From Octopus sinensis (lineage: Eukaryota), in assembly GCF_006345805.1 (NCBI RefSeq), contig NC_043012.1, positions 9,548,001 to 9,612,000 of the forward strand: a stretch of 64,000 bases of DNA, written 5' to 3'. Each line of letters opens with the position of its first letter. Position 1 is the stretch's first letter. The notes under the pieces are model-generated. The model was not told the DNA's origin. It worked only from the letters and a program-made list of their open reading frames with translations, and searched no databases. A program made the position numbers and the translations under genes. This document shows, one piece after another, positions 24,931 to 37,059 of the stretch.

Positions 24931-25410
24931 TAGTTATAATTGGTTAAGAACACCGCCGACGAAATAGAAAAGATAAGCGTATGATTATAATGGATGGATG
25001 TGAAGAAACAACAATACGTATTACGTAACGTTGACATATATTTATCCGATGTTTTAGAAAGAAGCTTTTTTCAGATAATGGAAGTAAAATCCTTTTTGAA
25101 AAAAGAATATATGTTATTGATCCTTAACTGGATGCAAATATATTTTAGTTTTCTTTCTTTCCTTAATTGCATTCTCCTTTGAACATGGAGAAGCGAATAC
25201 CTTTGCCATGTAATATTGAGATTTAAAAGGTAATTATTTGGGTATATCTCGTTTTTCTGCTTCTGAGTGATATTATTTTCCTTCAACATTGTATTTGTAG
25301 GTATATTGTTCTAGGAATCAGTTCTGTTTTGTTATTCTTTCCTCTTCTCATCTCTTATAAATGAGAACCTAGTTTACTAATCTTTCACTATTATTATTAT
25401 TATTATTATT

Positions 25411-25881
25411 GAGTGAGAGAGCAGTTCATGCCATCAAAGTGACACTGGGGTAAAATATACGAAGCCCAATATACCCATCATGACTACCCGTCTGATAAAG
25501 GTACACCAGGCACATGCATCACAACCATATGTGCGCGACATGGTGATCTCATATCAAGATAAACAGCACATGACCTTGCAGGTGGGGCCCAGTTAGAGTT
25601 TTCTTCAGGTTGAGTAACCCATCCCGCTCAAACGGTCCCTGAATAAGGGTTGTTTAAGGATGTTGAAAGAACCACCCATGTTTCCAGAGGTGAACTATTC
25701 AAACCCCAAAGAATCCCTCTCAACACATGGCTATGATGCTCCCCCACTACTTCTGCTCGTGATCAGAGATGCACATATAGTCAGCCACTAAGGGACATGC
25801 TCAACTGGTTAAGGTCAAACAACTGACAAGCAAATCTGTGGTATTGAGCAGAATATTTGCTGTAGCCCATCTTTTATACCA

Positions 25882-25882
<1 letters not shown>
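25411..25882 (-). mobile_element. Third copy of the ~555-bp (TAA)n-flanked element, slightly 5'-truncated
   Basis: Reverse complement of about 18380-18850, with (TTA)n on both sides on the plus strand. Confidence 0.88.
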
Positions 25883-25937
<55 letters not shown>

Positions 25938-25941
25938 CATT

Positions 25942-25976
<35 letters not shown>

Positions 25977-26029
25977 TATTATTGTTGTTGTTGTTGTTGT
26001 TCTTGTTATTGTTGTTGTTGTTCTTCTTA

Positions 26030-26063
<34 letters not shown>

Positions 26064-26090
26064 CATATTTATAATTATTATTAACATTAT
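25883..26090. repeat. Compound (TTA)/(TCA)/(TTG) tract
   Basis: Visible directly. Confidence 0.95.
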
Positions 26091-26345
26091 TATCTTATAC
26101 AGACTTACGCGCCTGTGTGCGTATGTTTGTACATAAGTTTGTGTATGTTTGTTAAAGAGTGTTTGAGCCTGTGTATCACAAATACTGAATTGTGTACTCC
26201 AGAAGCATTTGGGTTTACGGTTTCCCCATCAGGAGAAGAGAAGACTGATTCAGCTACCTGATTTCGTATTGGATCATAAAAATGTATACATATACATACG
26301 TACATATACATACATATACATACATACATACATGCATACACACAG

Positions 26346-26428
<83 letters not shown>

Positions 26429-27561
26429 GTATGTATGTATATATATACAGTGAGAGAGGGGGAGTCAGAGAGAGATACTAAAATTCATATATACATATAC
26501 ACTTCCTTCTTTCATTTCTACAATAATGATGAATTTGTATGGATACCTTCAAGATATACAGGTATTTGATGTTATAAATTTATCACTACCACCGCGCAAA
26601 ACACTGAATATAGCAGATATTTTCTAATGAAAAATAAAATATAGAGTTAGAAAGAACGAGAGGAAATGGCAGAAAAGGAAAATCGTCCCCCCCCCCACAC
26701 CGTTGGCTGGTGGTTTATTTATGGTCCCGGGGAAAAAAAAAAGGCAAAATTAACCTCGTAAATCTGAACTTGGAGCACAGAGAATCGGAACGTATATCGT
26801 GGAATATTCTATTCAACGTTGAAATCATTCTGCTACACGCATGCACACACACACACAGGCGCGCGCGCGCGCACACACACACACACACACACATACACAC
26901 ACACACACACGCGCACAGACACACACACAAACGAACACACAAATACACACACAAGCGCACACATACACACATACACACAACAAACACTCTCATAAACACA
27001 CACACAAACACACACACACAAACACTCACATACACACATACACAAACACACAGTCACACACACACATATATAGATGCAGATGCCTCATAACTCTATAAAT
27101 TTTAGTGGAAAATGGATAATTAAAATTCAAATGCTATATTGTGAAATGCACTGTAAAAACATTCATGATATCAATCTACGACAAAAATAACTGTAATAAC
27201 ACTATATACTACAGGAAGCAGAAATTAGAAAATGATACATGCTTATCACAAGGGAATATTTAACCAATTATACTGTTTAGCAAATTACTCAAATTTTATT
27301 CTTTAATCTTAAGGCATCTAGAATCTACCAGCAATTACACGAGCAACCTCTTGTGAACTGTGAGTACTCTTCTTTACATGGAAATGTTAGAATTTATTGA
27401 ATTTTTGCATGTTAATATTATATTATTCTGCTGGCAATCTTTATATGCAATCTAATGGAATTGCCACAGGTCATACACTGAGTTCAACCTTTGCTAACAT
27501 CGACATTTGGAATTTAAAGATATAAAAACAATAGTTCAGTTAATCTTTGTATCTAAACATA

Positions 27562-27602
<41 letters not shown>

Positions 27603-28544
27603 CATATATATATATATACATAAATACGTATAAGTGCGCGCGTGTATGTGAGTGTGGATGCGTGTCCAAATATTTTTATATATCTGTATGCACAAAACAC
27701 CATATACATATAGACATAACTACGCTTATATATATATATATGTAGAATATATGTAGACACTCTATATTGTTTAAACACACTCCCTCATACACCCGAACAT
27801 GTGCACACACATACATATTCGTATGCATTCCTGTATACTCAAATATGAGGAAAATGGCTGCTGATATTGATTACGAGACACCGTTTCTAGATATGAAGTA
27901 TTAATCATCATAATAGAATTTTCAGTAGCCTCAGCAGAATTATGAACATCAATAACTTTACTCAACCTCTTGTTGTTTATATTACTGAGATTTATGTGTG
28001 AAGGTCATCATAAGTCTTTTTCTATATCCATTATTACGAAGTTATAAGTTATCACTTGATTCCGTCGATGTCGCTGTCAGTCAGAAAGACCTCTCTATTT
28101 TCCCACCGGGTAAGATAGACAAAATGTAAATATTAAACAGTCTGTAACTTTTTTTTTAACTACTTGAACATGAATAAATACCTAATTATCACTTCTTCAT
28201 ATTGTATGTGTTATTTAAGTAGCAAGCTCGGTCAAATCTTTAGCGGCATTTCGTCCGAATTTACGTTCTGATTTGAAATTCGCCGAGGTCGGTCTTTTAT
28301 CTCTGCTTATGTTTCGCTGCAGTTGTTCTTGCCATTATTCCTTCTCTAGACCAATTATAATTAGCCAGACATATGTAATCTTATTATTTCGTTGGACAGT
28401 AAGTTGTGATTTGAGCAGAACAAACGACAAACCTGTCATGCCAGCGCCTAGCATGATAGAAGTTATTCAAGTTCCTGGTAAACATTTCTCGAAGATCTGA
28501 CTGTGTTTGCGTTTTCATTCATTGGTTACATGAATGAATACATA

Positions 28545-30037
28545 CTAAGTACTGCGGATAATTATATCGACTCCTGTATTCAACTTATCGATACAGAAAA
28601 GATGAAAGACAAAGTCGACATCAGCGGAAATTGAACATATAACGTAAAGGCAGACGAAATACCTATTTCATTACTACCCACAAGGAACTAAACAGAGAGG
28701 ACAAACAAGGACAGACAATCGGATTAAGTAGATTATATCGACCCCAGTGCGTAACTGGTACTTATTTAATCGACCCCGAAAGGATGAAAGGCAAAGTCGT
28801 CCTAGGCGGAATTTGAACTCAAAACGCGAAAACAGACGAAATACCTATTTCTTTACTACCCACAAGGGGCTAAACACAGAGAAGACAAACAAGGACAGAC
28901 AAACGTATTAAATCGATTACATCTACCCCAGTGCGTAACTGGTACTTTTTTAATCGACCCAGAATGGATGAAACGCAAAGTCGACCTCGTCGGAATTTGA
29001 ACTCAGAACGTAGCGGCAGACGAAATGCCGCTAAGCATTTTGCCCGGCGTGCTAACGTTTCTGCCAGCTCGCCACCTTCAACAATAATAATAATTATTAT
29101 TTAGGCACAAGGCCTTGAACATTGTTTGGAAAAGGGGCTAGTCGATTACATCGACTCCAATGCGTAACTGGTACTTATTTTATGGATTCCGAATTGATGA
29201 ACGGCAAAGTCGACCAAGAAGGAATTTGAAAATTCAGTAAGTAGCGGAAGACGAACCGCCACTAATCATTTCGCTCGGCGTTCTAACGATGTTGACAGCT
29301 CGCCGCCTCAACATTCATAATAATAATAATGGTTTCAAAATTTGTCCCCATTTCGAGGGAGGGGATATTGACTATTACTTAGACTCCCAGTTTTCAAATG
29401 CTAATTATTTTATCGAACCCAAGATGATGAAAAGCAAAGTCGAACTCGGCGGAATTTGAACTCAGAACGTAGCGCTGGGCGAAATACTGCTAAGCATTTC
29501 GTCCAGCGAGTTAAAGATACTGCGAGCTCGCTGCCTTTAAAAAGAAATACGAGGACAGTAATTCTTTCTACTGGAGGCACAAGGAATGAAATTTGTGGGG
29601 AGGTGACTAGTCGATTACATCGACCCCAGTGTTTCACTGGTACTCAATTTGGCGATCCCGAAAAGATGAAAGGCAAAGTTGACCTCGAAGGAATTTGAAC
29701 TCCATTGCGCTGACGATTCTGCCGCCTCGCCGCCTTCAACAACAATAACAATAACAAAAACAACAACAGCAGCAGCAGCAGGAGCAACAACGACAACAAC
29801 AATAATATTAATAATAATCATTTCTACTGGAAGCACAAGGGTTCGAGTTCAAGTTCGGGGGAAGGGATTAAGTCGATTACATCGACCCTACTGTTTCACT
29901 GGTAATTATTTCATCGACCCCGAACGGATGATAGTCAAAGTCGACCTCGGCGAAATTCGAACTCACAACGTTGTGACAGGCGAAATACCGCTAAGCATTT
30001 CGTCAAACACGGTAACGATTCTCCCAGCTCGCCGCAT
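28545..30037 (-). mobile_element. Head-to-tail array of seven SINE family A units
   Basis: Units at about 28545-28661, 28662-28842, 28843-29077, 29102-29289, 29331-29536, 29567-29735 and 29822-30037, all minus strand, mostly separated by (TAA)/(CAA) runs. Confidence 0.85.
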
Positions 30038-30039
30038 TC

Positions 30040-30081
<42 letters not shown>

Positions 30082-30649
30082 CATTAATAACTGAACAACA
30101 AATAGAAACAATGTACTGGACCAACGTGTACTCGACTCAACACATTGTGATCGCCTATGTACAAAATTTAAGTGTCAAATATCCTTCAATACCGAAAATA
30201 TTTTCTTGATCTGTTAAATTGTTCATCAAGCATCGGTCATTTTTTACAACTAAGTATAAGTGCGTGTACGCGTTGTTGAGTGTGTATGTGTGTTTGCGTA
30301 TGTGTATGTGTGTTAGCCTGTATGTATGCCTGTGTGTTTACATAAGTATGTATGTATATAAAGACGTATGAACATTTTTACCAACACCGTTTGAAAGCCA
30401 AGACGGACAATTTCAGAGAATCTCGTGATTGGATCGGATCTGAAATTCTAATGTCCAAGAGAAAAACTGTTTATTCAAATATGCTCGTTAATGTAAATCT
30501 TTCCATAGCATTCTAAATCAGACGAGCACAAGTGTTAGGTGGGGTGGCCATAGAATTCAGTCAGAAATTTATCGGTCTTTGACCTCTTACATTGAAAATT
30601 TGACGGCGAAGCTCATATTTTATCTCATGACTTTTCGTGGAAGTAGATT

Positions 30650-30661
30650 TACCATATCATA

Positions 30662-30699
<38 letters not shown>

Positions 30700-30744
30700 G
30701 CATGTATACATACATATATATCTATATATATATATGTATATATG

Positions 30745-30797
<53 letters not shown>

Positions 30798-30884
30798 TAT
30801 CAATATATATGTATATATATATGTGTGTATATATATACATATATGCATGTATGCATATATATATGTACATATATATACATGCAT

Positions 30885-30982
<98 letters not shown>

Positions 30983-31040
30983 TATATATATACATGCATA
31001 TACATATATATATGTATGTATATGCATGTGTATATATCTA
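30650..31040. repeat. Long interrupted (TA)n microsatellite
   Basis: Visible directly. Confidence 0.95.
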
Positions 31041-31239
31041 TGAACACATGCTAAGTAACATTACTGTAATGTGATATATGGAAACTCTTATGCATATATA
31101 TCAAATTGACTGAATGGAAGTAACATATACTTAAGGAATTGCAGGAGGGATAGAGACGTAGGGAAACTATCCAATGATTCATTACACAACCGGAAAAGTT
31201 GTTACTGGACGCAACATATGTTACCATTAGACCGATAGA

Positions 31240-31460
31240 TACAAGGGGTTGCTGAAAAGATTCTGGTTTTGTATGAAAGGAAATACCGGAGAATTAGTTA
31301 ATTATGATTTTATTCAACACGTTCCCCTCTCAGATTTAAACACTTGTTGCGGCAGTCTTTTATTTTTGTGTAAGCACTGAAAAGAACTCGGAAGGCTGGG
31401 CCTCCTACCAGGCGTTTGACCGCACCCTTAAAGCCAGGAAGTTTTCAGCACTCGCTTGTA
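31240..31460 (+). mobile_element. Mariner-type MITE, ~220 bp
   Basis: Imperfect TIRs TACAAGGGGTTGCTGAAAAGATTCTGG / CCAGGAAGTTTTCAGCACTCGCTTGTA with TA ends. A partial second copy lies at 33585-33730 (-). Confidence 0.7.
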
Positions 31461-31473
31461 TATACATGTGCGT

Positions 31474-31522
<49 letters not shown>

Positions 31523-31579
31523 CACCGAAGAGCATTGATTTAAATTCGTGAAATTCAAAGAAAGTTTCATAAAGGGATT

Positions 31580-31978
31580 TGGAATGCTCTGTGGTTAAGA
31601 AGCTTGCATTGTAACGCAGTTTCGGGTTCAGTTCAACTGCAGGGGATTTTAGACAAATGTCCTACTACAGCCCCTGCCTGGCCGCTTTCTTGCGAGTGAA
31701 TTTGGTTGACGGAATCTGTGCGGATGCCTTTCATATCTTTGTATGTGAGCCTGTGCATTTTAGTGTTTGTATATTTCTATTTGTGTTTGTGCCTCACGAC
31801 AACTTGAAAACTGTTGTTGATTTGTTTCCGTTCGCGTTTCTTAGCAGTCCGGCAAAAGAAACCGACAGAATATGTAGAAAACTTAAGAAAAAAAGTAAGT
31901 ATCGGTGTCGACTTTTCCAACTGGATCCTTCTATGAGGTACCTCAGCATGAAAGCCGCCTAATGACTGAAGGACAAAG
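31580..31978 (+). mobile_element. SINE family B, diverged
   Basis: Head, CORE-like segment and tail motifs present in order. Confidence 0.75.
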
Positions 31979-32084
31979 TATGAAGCAAATCAAAAATGTG
32001 CAAAAGAATCCTCGATATCACCAAATCAATACTTCTGAATTTTCTAAAATAGCTCTCGAAAAGTAGTTTTAGAAGAGGTCACAA

Positions 32085-33100
32085 AGCTAGCAATTTTAAA
32101 GGTGGGGTAAGTCGCTCACAACATCCCCAGAGTTCAACTGTTACTTATTTTGTCGGTTCAGGAAGAATCGAAGACAAATTTGACATTGGCAAAGTTTGAA
32201 CTCAGAAGACAAGAGGCTGGAAGAAACGCCGCGAGGCATTTTATCCTGCGCGCCGTCTTACATCTTCCTATTATTGGTTTCTAATTTTGGCACACGCCAG
32301 TAATTTGGAGGGAAGCGGTTTGGGAGCTAGTCGATTATATCGACGCCAGTGTCCAACTGGTATTTATTCCATCGAACCCCCAAAAAGATGAAAAGCAAAA
32401 TCGACCTGCGTGGAACTTGAACGTAGATCGTGAAGAGAGGCGAAACGCTGCTAAATATTTTTCTCTGCCAAGATTGCCACCTAATATCCCCTTATAGTGA
32501 TTTCAAATTTTGGCACAAGGCCAGCAGTTTTCAGGCAGGAGTAAGCCAGTTTGAATCTATCCCAGTCCTCAAGTGTTACTTATTTTATGTGGAGGCGCAA
32601 TGGCCCAGTGGTTAGGGCAGCGGACTCGCGGTCATAGGATCGTGGTTTCGATTCCCAGACCGGGCGTTGTGAGTGTTTATTGAGCGAAAACACCTAAAAG
32701 CTCCACGAGGCTCCGGCAGGGGATGGTGGTGATCCCTGCTGTACTCTTTCACCACAACTTTCTCTTACTTCCTGTTTCTGTTGTACCTGTATTTCAAGGG
32801 GCCGGCCTTGTCACTCTCTGTGTCACGCTGAATATCCCCGAGGACTACGTTAAGGGTGCACGTGTCTGTGGAGTGCTCAGCCACTTACACGTTAATTTCA
32901 CGAGCAAGCTGTTCCGTTGATTCGGATCAACCGGAACCCTCATCGTCGTAACCGACAGAGTGCTTCCAACTTATTTTATCGACGGTGAAAGGATGAAAAT
33001 CATCTTCGATCTCGGCGGGATTTGAACGTAGAACGTGAAAAGGGGCGAAATGCTGCTGAGCATCTTGGCCGATATGCTAGCGATTCTGCCACCACGTGAC
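32085..33100 (-). mobile_element. Three diverged SINE family A copies, the third interrupted by a younger SINE
   Basis: GAACTC/GATGAAA..TCGA motif chains at about 32085-32260, 32280-32480, and 32505-32588 plus 32980-33100. Confidence 0.7.
32589..32968 (+). mobile_element. tRNA-derived SINE (head D plus tail T1) with 11-bp TSD
   Basis: GTGGAGGCGCAATGGCCCAGTGG head and GGTTTCGATTCC B-box. ACTTATTTTAT is duplicated at 32578-32588 and 32969-32979. Confidence 0.9.
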
Positions 33101-33149
33101 CTTAAATCCTTCTGCTATTGAGCGCAAAGCTAAAAAGGCTTTATTAATG

Positions 33150-33565
33150 ATACTCTTTACTTCTCTACTCTTTTCCTTGTTTCAGTCATTTGACTGTGGC
33201 CATGCTGGAGCACCACCTTTAGTCCAGCAAATCGACCACAGGACTTATTCTTTGTAAGCCTTGTATTTATTCTATCGGTCTCTTTTGCCAAACCGCTAGT
33301 TTACAGGGACGTAAACACATCAGCATCGGTTGTCAAGCAGTGTTGGGGGACAAACACAGACACGCAAGCATATACACACACACATACATATACATATATA
33401 TACATGTATACGACAGGCTTCTTTCAGTTTCCGTCTACCAAATCCACTCACAAGGCTTTGGTCGGCCCGAGGCAGGCACTTGTCCAAGGTGCCACAAAGT
33501 GAAACTGAACCGGGAACCATGAGGTTCGTAAGCAAGCTACTTACCACACAGCCGCTCCTACGCCT
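33150..33565 (-). mobile_element. SINE family B
   Basis: Complete head-to-tail motif order. Confidence 0.9.
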
Positions 33566-33584
33566 ATAAAAAAAACATGCTCCA

Positions 33585-33730
33585 GGGCTTCAAGGGTGTG
33601 GCGAAAGGCCTGGTTAGAGGCCCAGCCTTCCGAGTTCTTTTCAGTGCTTACAAAAAATGAAACACTGCTGCAACAAGATGTGTAAATCTGAGAGGGGATT
33701 GTGTTAAATAAAACCATAGTTACCTAATTC
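33585..33730 (-). mobile_element. Partial second copy of the 31240-31460 MITE
   Basis: GGCCCAGCCTTCCGAGTTCTTTTCAGTGCTTACA..AATCTGAGAGGGG is the reverse complement of the internal part of 31240-31460. Confidence 0.75.
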
Positions 33731-34101
33731 AAGCGGTGCTGGTTTAATTCCGCAATACTTAGCAGACCGATGGATTATGTACCATATTTAAAATAAGTAA
33801 TGGCGTTGATTTGCTGGACTGACCACACAAAACGGTGTTCCAGCATGGCTGCATTGGATTGATTAGAATAATTAAGTGAGTACAAACTGTTAGACTATAT
33901 AATTAAATGTTATTAGTTCATACTTGACGGTTCATGTAATCGAGCGTAATATCTGACGTTGTTAGGCATTGCTGGTCACAATGCGCTTTACATAATTTTA
34001 GCTTTCGTATGATGCCGACCCGCTAGTTATGCAAGCAGGTCAACATTCCCCACTGATCGAAAGGCTAGTCCTTCGCAGGGTTGCCATTTAGAGCTGAGTA
34101 A

Positions 34102-34409
34102 TGTTTTTTTTGTTCCTTCTCGAGACATGCCTGGCTCATAAGGGCCGGTTTCCCGTTTGCCGTGGCGTATAGGTTCCCCACCTGGACGGGACGCCGGTCC
34201 GTCGCAGGTGAGCTGCAAGATGCAGGAGGAAAGAGTGAGAGAAAATTGTGGCGAAAGTGTCAGCAGAAGATCGCCATTACCTTCTGTCGGAGCCGCGTGG
34301 AGCTTAGATGTTTCGCTCATAAACACACACATCTCCCGGTCTGAGATTGGAACCCGCGATCCCTCGACCTCGAGTTTGCTGCTCTAACCACTAGGCCATG
34401 CGCCTCCAC
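34102..34409 (-). mobile_element. tRNA-derived SINE (head D plus V-domain-like tail T2) with 16-bp TSD, nested in an older head-C SINE
   Basis: Head GTGGAGGCGCATGGCCTAGTGG; CCTGCGACGGACCGGCGTCCCGTCCAGG resembles the V-SINE domain (from memory). ATTTAGAGCTGAGTAA is duplicated at 34086-34101 and 34410-34425. Confidence 0.85.
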
Positions 34410-35078
34410 ATTTAGAGCTGAGTAAGACTGGAACAACGGAAAATGAATGTTTTGGTCAAGAATACCACACGCCGCTCGGCCCAGGAATCAAACTCGGGGT
34501 GCCACATTCATGAGTGCAACACCTCATCCTCAAAGTCACGTGCTTTTACATAACGGTTCATGTGATGTCTTAAATGTCTAACAGGCATCTCCTAGAATAT
34601 AATTACTTTTGTCTCTACGTACCGGCTGAGATCAATTCGGTTGCCAAGAAAACATGTAAAGCACACAAATACCTATTTGATGTTCTAAAAATACAGTATT
34701 TCACTTCACACTTGTATGTACTTCAATTACAAAATGAGATATGAACTTATAATAATATGAAATACAAAGATCTTAGCGTAAAAAGTTTTACGTATCGGAA
34801 AATAGAGAATCTTAGAAAAATGAAAAAACTGCAGCGTTAGGAATACTAATCAGGTGGGAGGCAATAAATACATACACACGTACATACATATATATATATA
34901 TATATACATGTGCGTATATGTGTGTATGTGTGTGTGTGTGTATGTTTGTGTGTGTTTGCATAGACATGCTTATTGTAAATTTGCTTTTACTTAAATGAGA
35001 TCTACAATAAAGAGGAAGCAAAGCAAAAAAAAAAAATTACTGCTGCAAATAAGCGAAACAAATGCCAAAACAAACAAA

Positions 35079-35115
<37 letters not shown>

Positions 35116-35265
35116 ACACACACAATTAACAGAGTAATTGCAGTGGCGCTGAAAGAAAATAAATACTTCAAATGGAGAGAAAAACTTTCACAAATGCATG
35201 TATGTATGTGTCTGGTTATCGATTAGCGAATTACATAATTATTTATATATGTGTATATATCTATT

Positions 35266-35316
<51 letters not shown>

Positions 35317-35601
35317 TCCTACATATATATGTGTGTGTGTGTGCGTGTGTATGTGTTTGTGTGTATCTATGCTTCATGTCACAACGTTTATCCCAGGTAC
35401 ACCATAAATAGCAGACATGTACATGGAGTATTCACTTCATAGCAGTGTTTCACAAACACCAAATTTCAACGTAAACTCAAACATTAGATATTAGTGTTAA
35501 CGAACAAATATTTTCACCTATAACACAGGGTGTGCATAGATACTTTGTTAAAAATAGGAATTGATTTATAAATGTATATATGCACATGTGCAAGCGTTCT
35601 T

Positions 35602-35645
<44 letters not shown>

Positions 35646-35654
35646 TATGTATAT

Positions 35655-35688
<34 letters not shown>

Positions 35689-35810
35689 ACATATATATAT
35701 ATATATATTATAATATATATTATATATATATATAATATATATATATATATATACACACACACATATATATATATATATATACTCAGCACACGTACACATC
35801 ACACATACAA

Positions 35811-35878
<68 letters not shown>

Positions 35879-36289
35879 CTCTCCACGGTAAAAATTATGA
35901 AGACATGTGTGTTGTTGCAGAGCCGTCCATAAATAGATACACTTGAAATTTCAAAGGCAAAGATAAAAAACAAAAAAAAAACTGCTTAACGATATTTTGT
36001 CTTGCCTCTCGCTATTGCCGGTGGTTATTTATAGCTTATTTACGTAAGTTTTCCAAGATATACTGAGTGGAGGTAGACAATAACACTAAGTTCCTACTTG
36101 TAAGGAATCAATCACTTATAGATAGCAGCAGATTTTCAGGCAAGTACACACACACTTGCCTGTATAGTTGGATATGTAAACACGCTAAATCAGTATGCGT
36201 ATATATAGTATGTTGTAGCAAACACGCTGCCAGCGATTCAAAGTATGATTGAAATCCGCTCTCATGAATACACACACAAAAACACACGC

Positions 36290-36339
<50 letters not shown>

Positions 36340-36409
36340 TGCAAAGTATGATTTAATACACGTGCTCCTATATTATATATATATATATATATATAATATA
36401 TAATATATT

Positions 36410-36555
36410 ATGTGTGGTGTGGTAAGTAGCTTGCTTCCCAACCTCATGGTTCCGGGTTCAGTCCCACACCGTGGAACCTTGGGTAAGTGACTTCTGCTAT
36501 AGCTTCGGCCCGACCAAAGCTTTGTGAGTGGATTTGGTAGACAGAAACTGTATGT
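36410..36555 (+). mobile_element. SINE family B, 5' half; its internal microsatellite runs into (TAA)n
   Basis: GTGTGGTAAGTAGCTTGC..GGATTTGGTAGACAGAAACTG. Confidence 0.85.
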
Positions 36556-36568
36556 GTATATATATATA

Positions 36569-36605
<37 letters not shown>

Positions 36606-36669
36606 TAATAATAATACTAATAATAATAATAACAATAATAATAATATTGTGATAATAATAATAATAATA

Positions 36670-36708
<39 letters not shown>

Positions 36709-36710
<2 letters not shown>

Positions 36711-37048
36711 GGCGGTTACAATACCAGTGATCGTAGGAGCACTAGGAATGATCAAGAAGGGAACCGAAAATTATATGAGAATGATCCCTGGCTTACCATC
36801 CCTGCAAGAAGTGCAAAAGATTGTCTTAACTGGTACATCACACGTATTGAGAAGAGCATTGTCGATGTGAGAACTGTTGCTGCTCATGTATTTAATTAAC
36901 TTTAAAAAAAAAAAAGAAAAAAATGAACGAACTACTGAGTTTGGTTTAATGGCCTACCAATGTATACTATGAGTTTCTTTGCCCTAGGAGTCGGGAAGAC
37001 ACTCGGCAAGGAATGGAAGCAAATTTGAAAGAAGAAGAAAAAAAAAAA
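36709..37048 (+). mobile_element. 5'-truncated R4/Dong-like fragment
   Basis: KAVTIPVIVGALGMIKKGTENYMRMIPGLPSLQEVQKIVLTGTSHVLRRALSM* starts directly after (AAT)n; the 3' UTR is followed by an A-run and (AAT)n. Confidence 0.88.
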
Positions 37049-37059
37049 ATAATAATAAT

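Noticed and set aside
27840-28130. Unique segment with short open frames on both strands and a CGG/GTAAGA donor
   Set aside because: No recognisable homology and no convincing acceptor; left uncalled.
28545-30037. Repeat-spacer-like periodicity suggesting a CRISPR array
   Set aside because: The units are ~190-bp SINE bodies in a eukaryotic context, with no unique spacers of uniform length and no cas genes.
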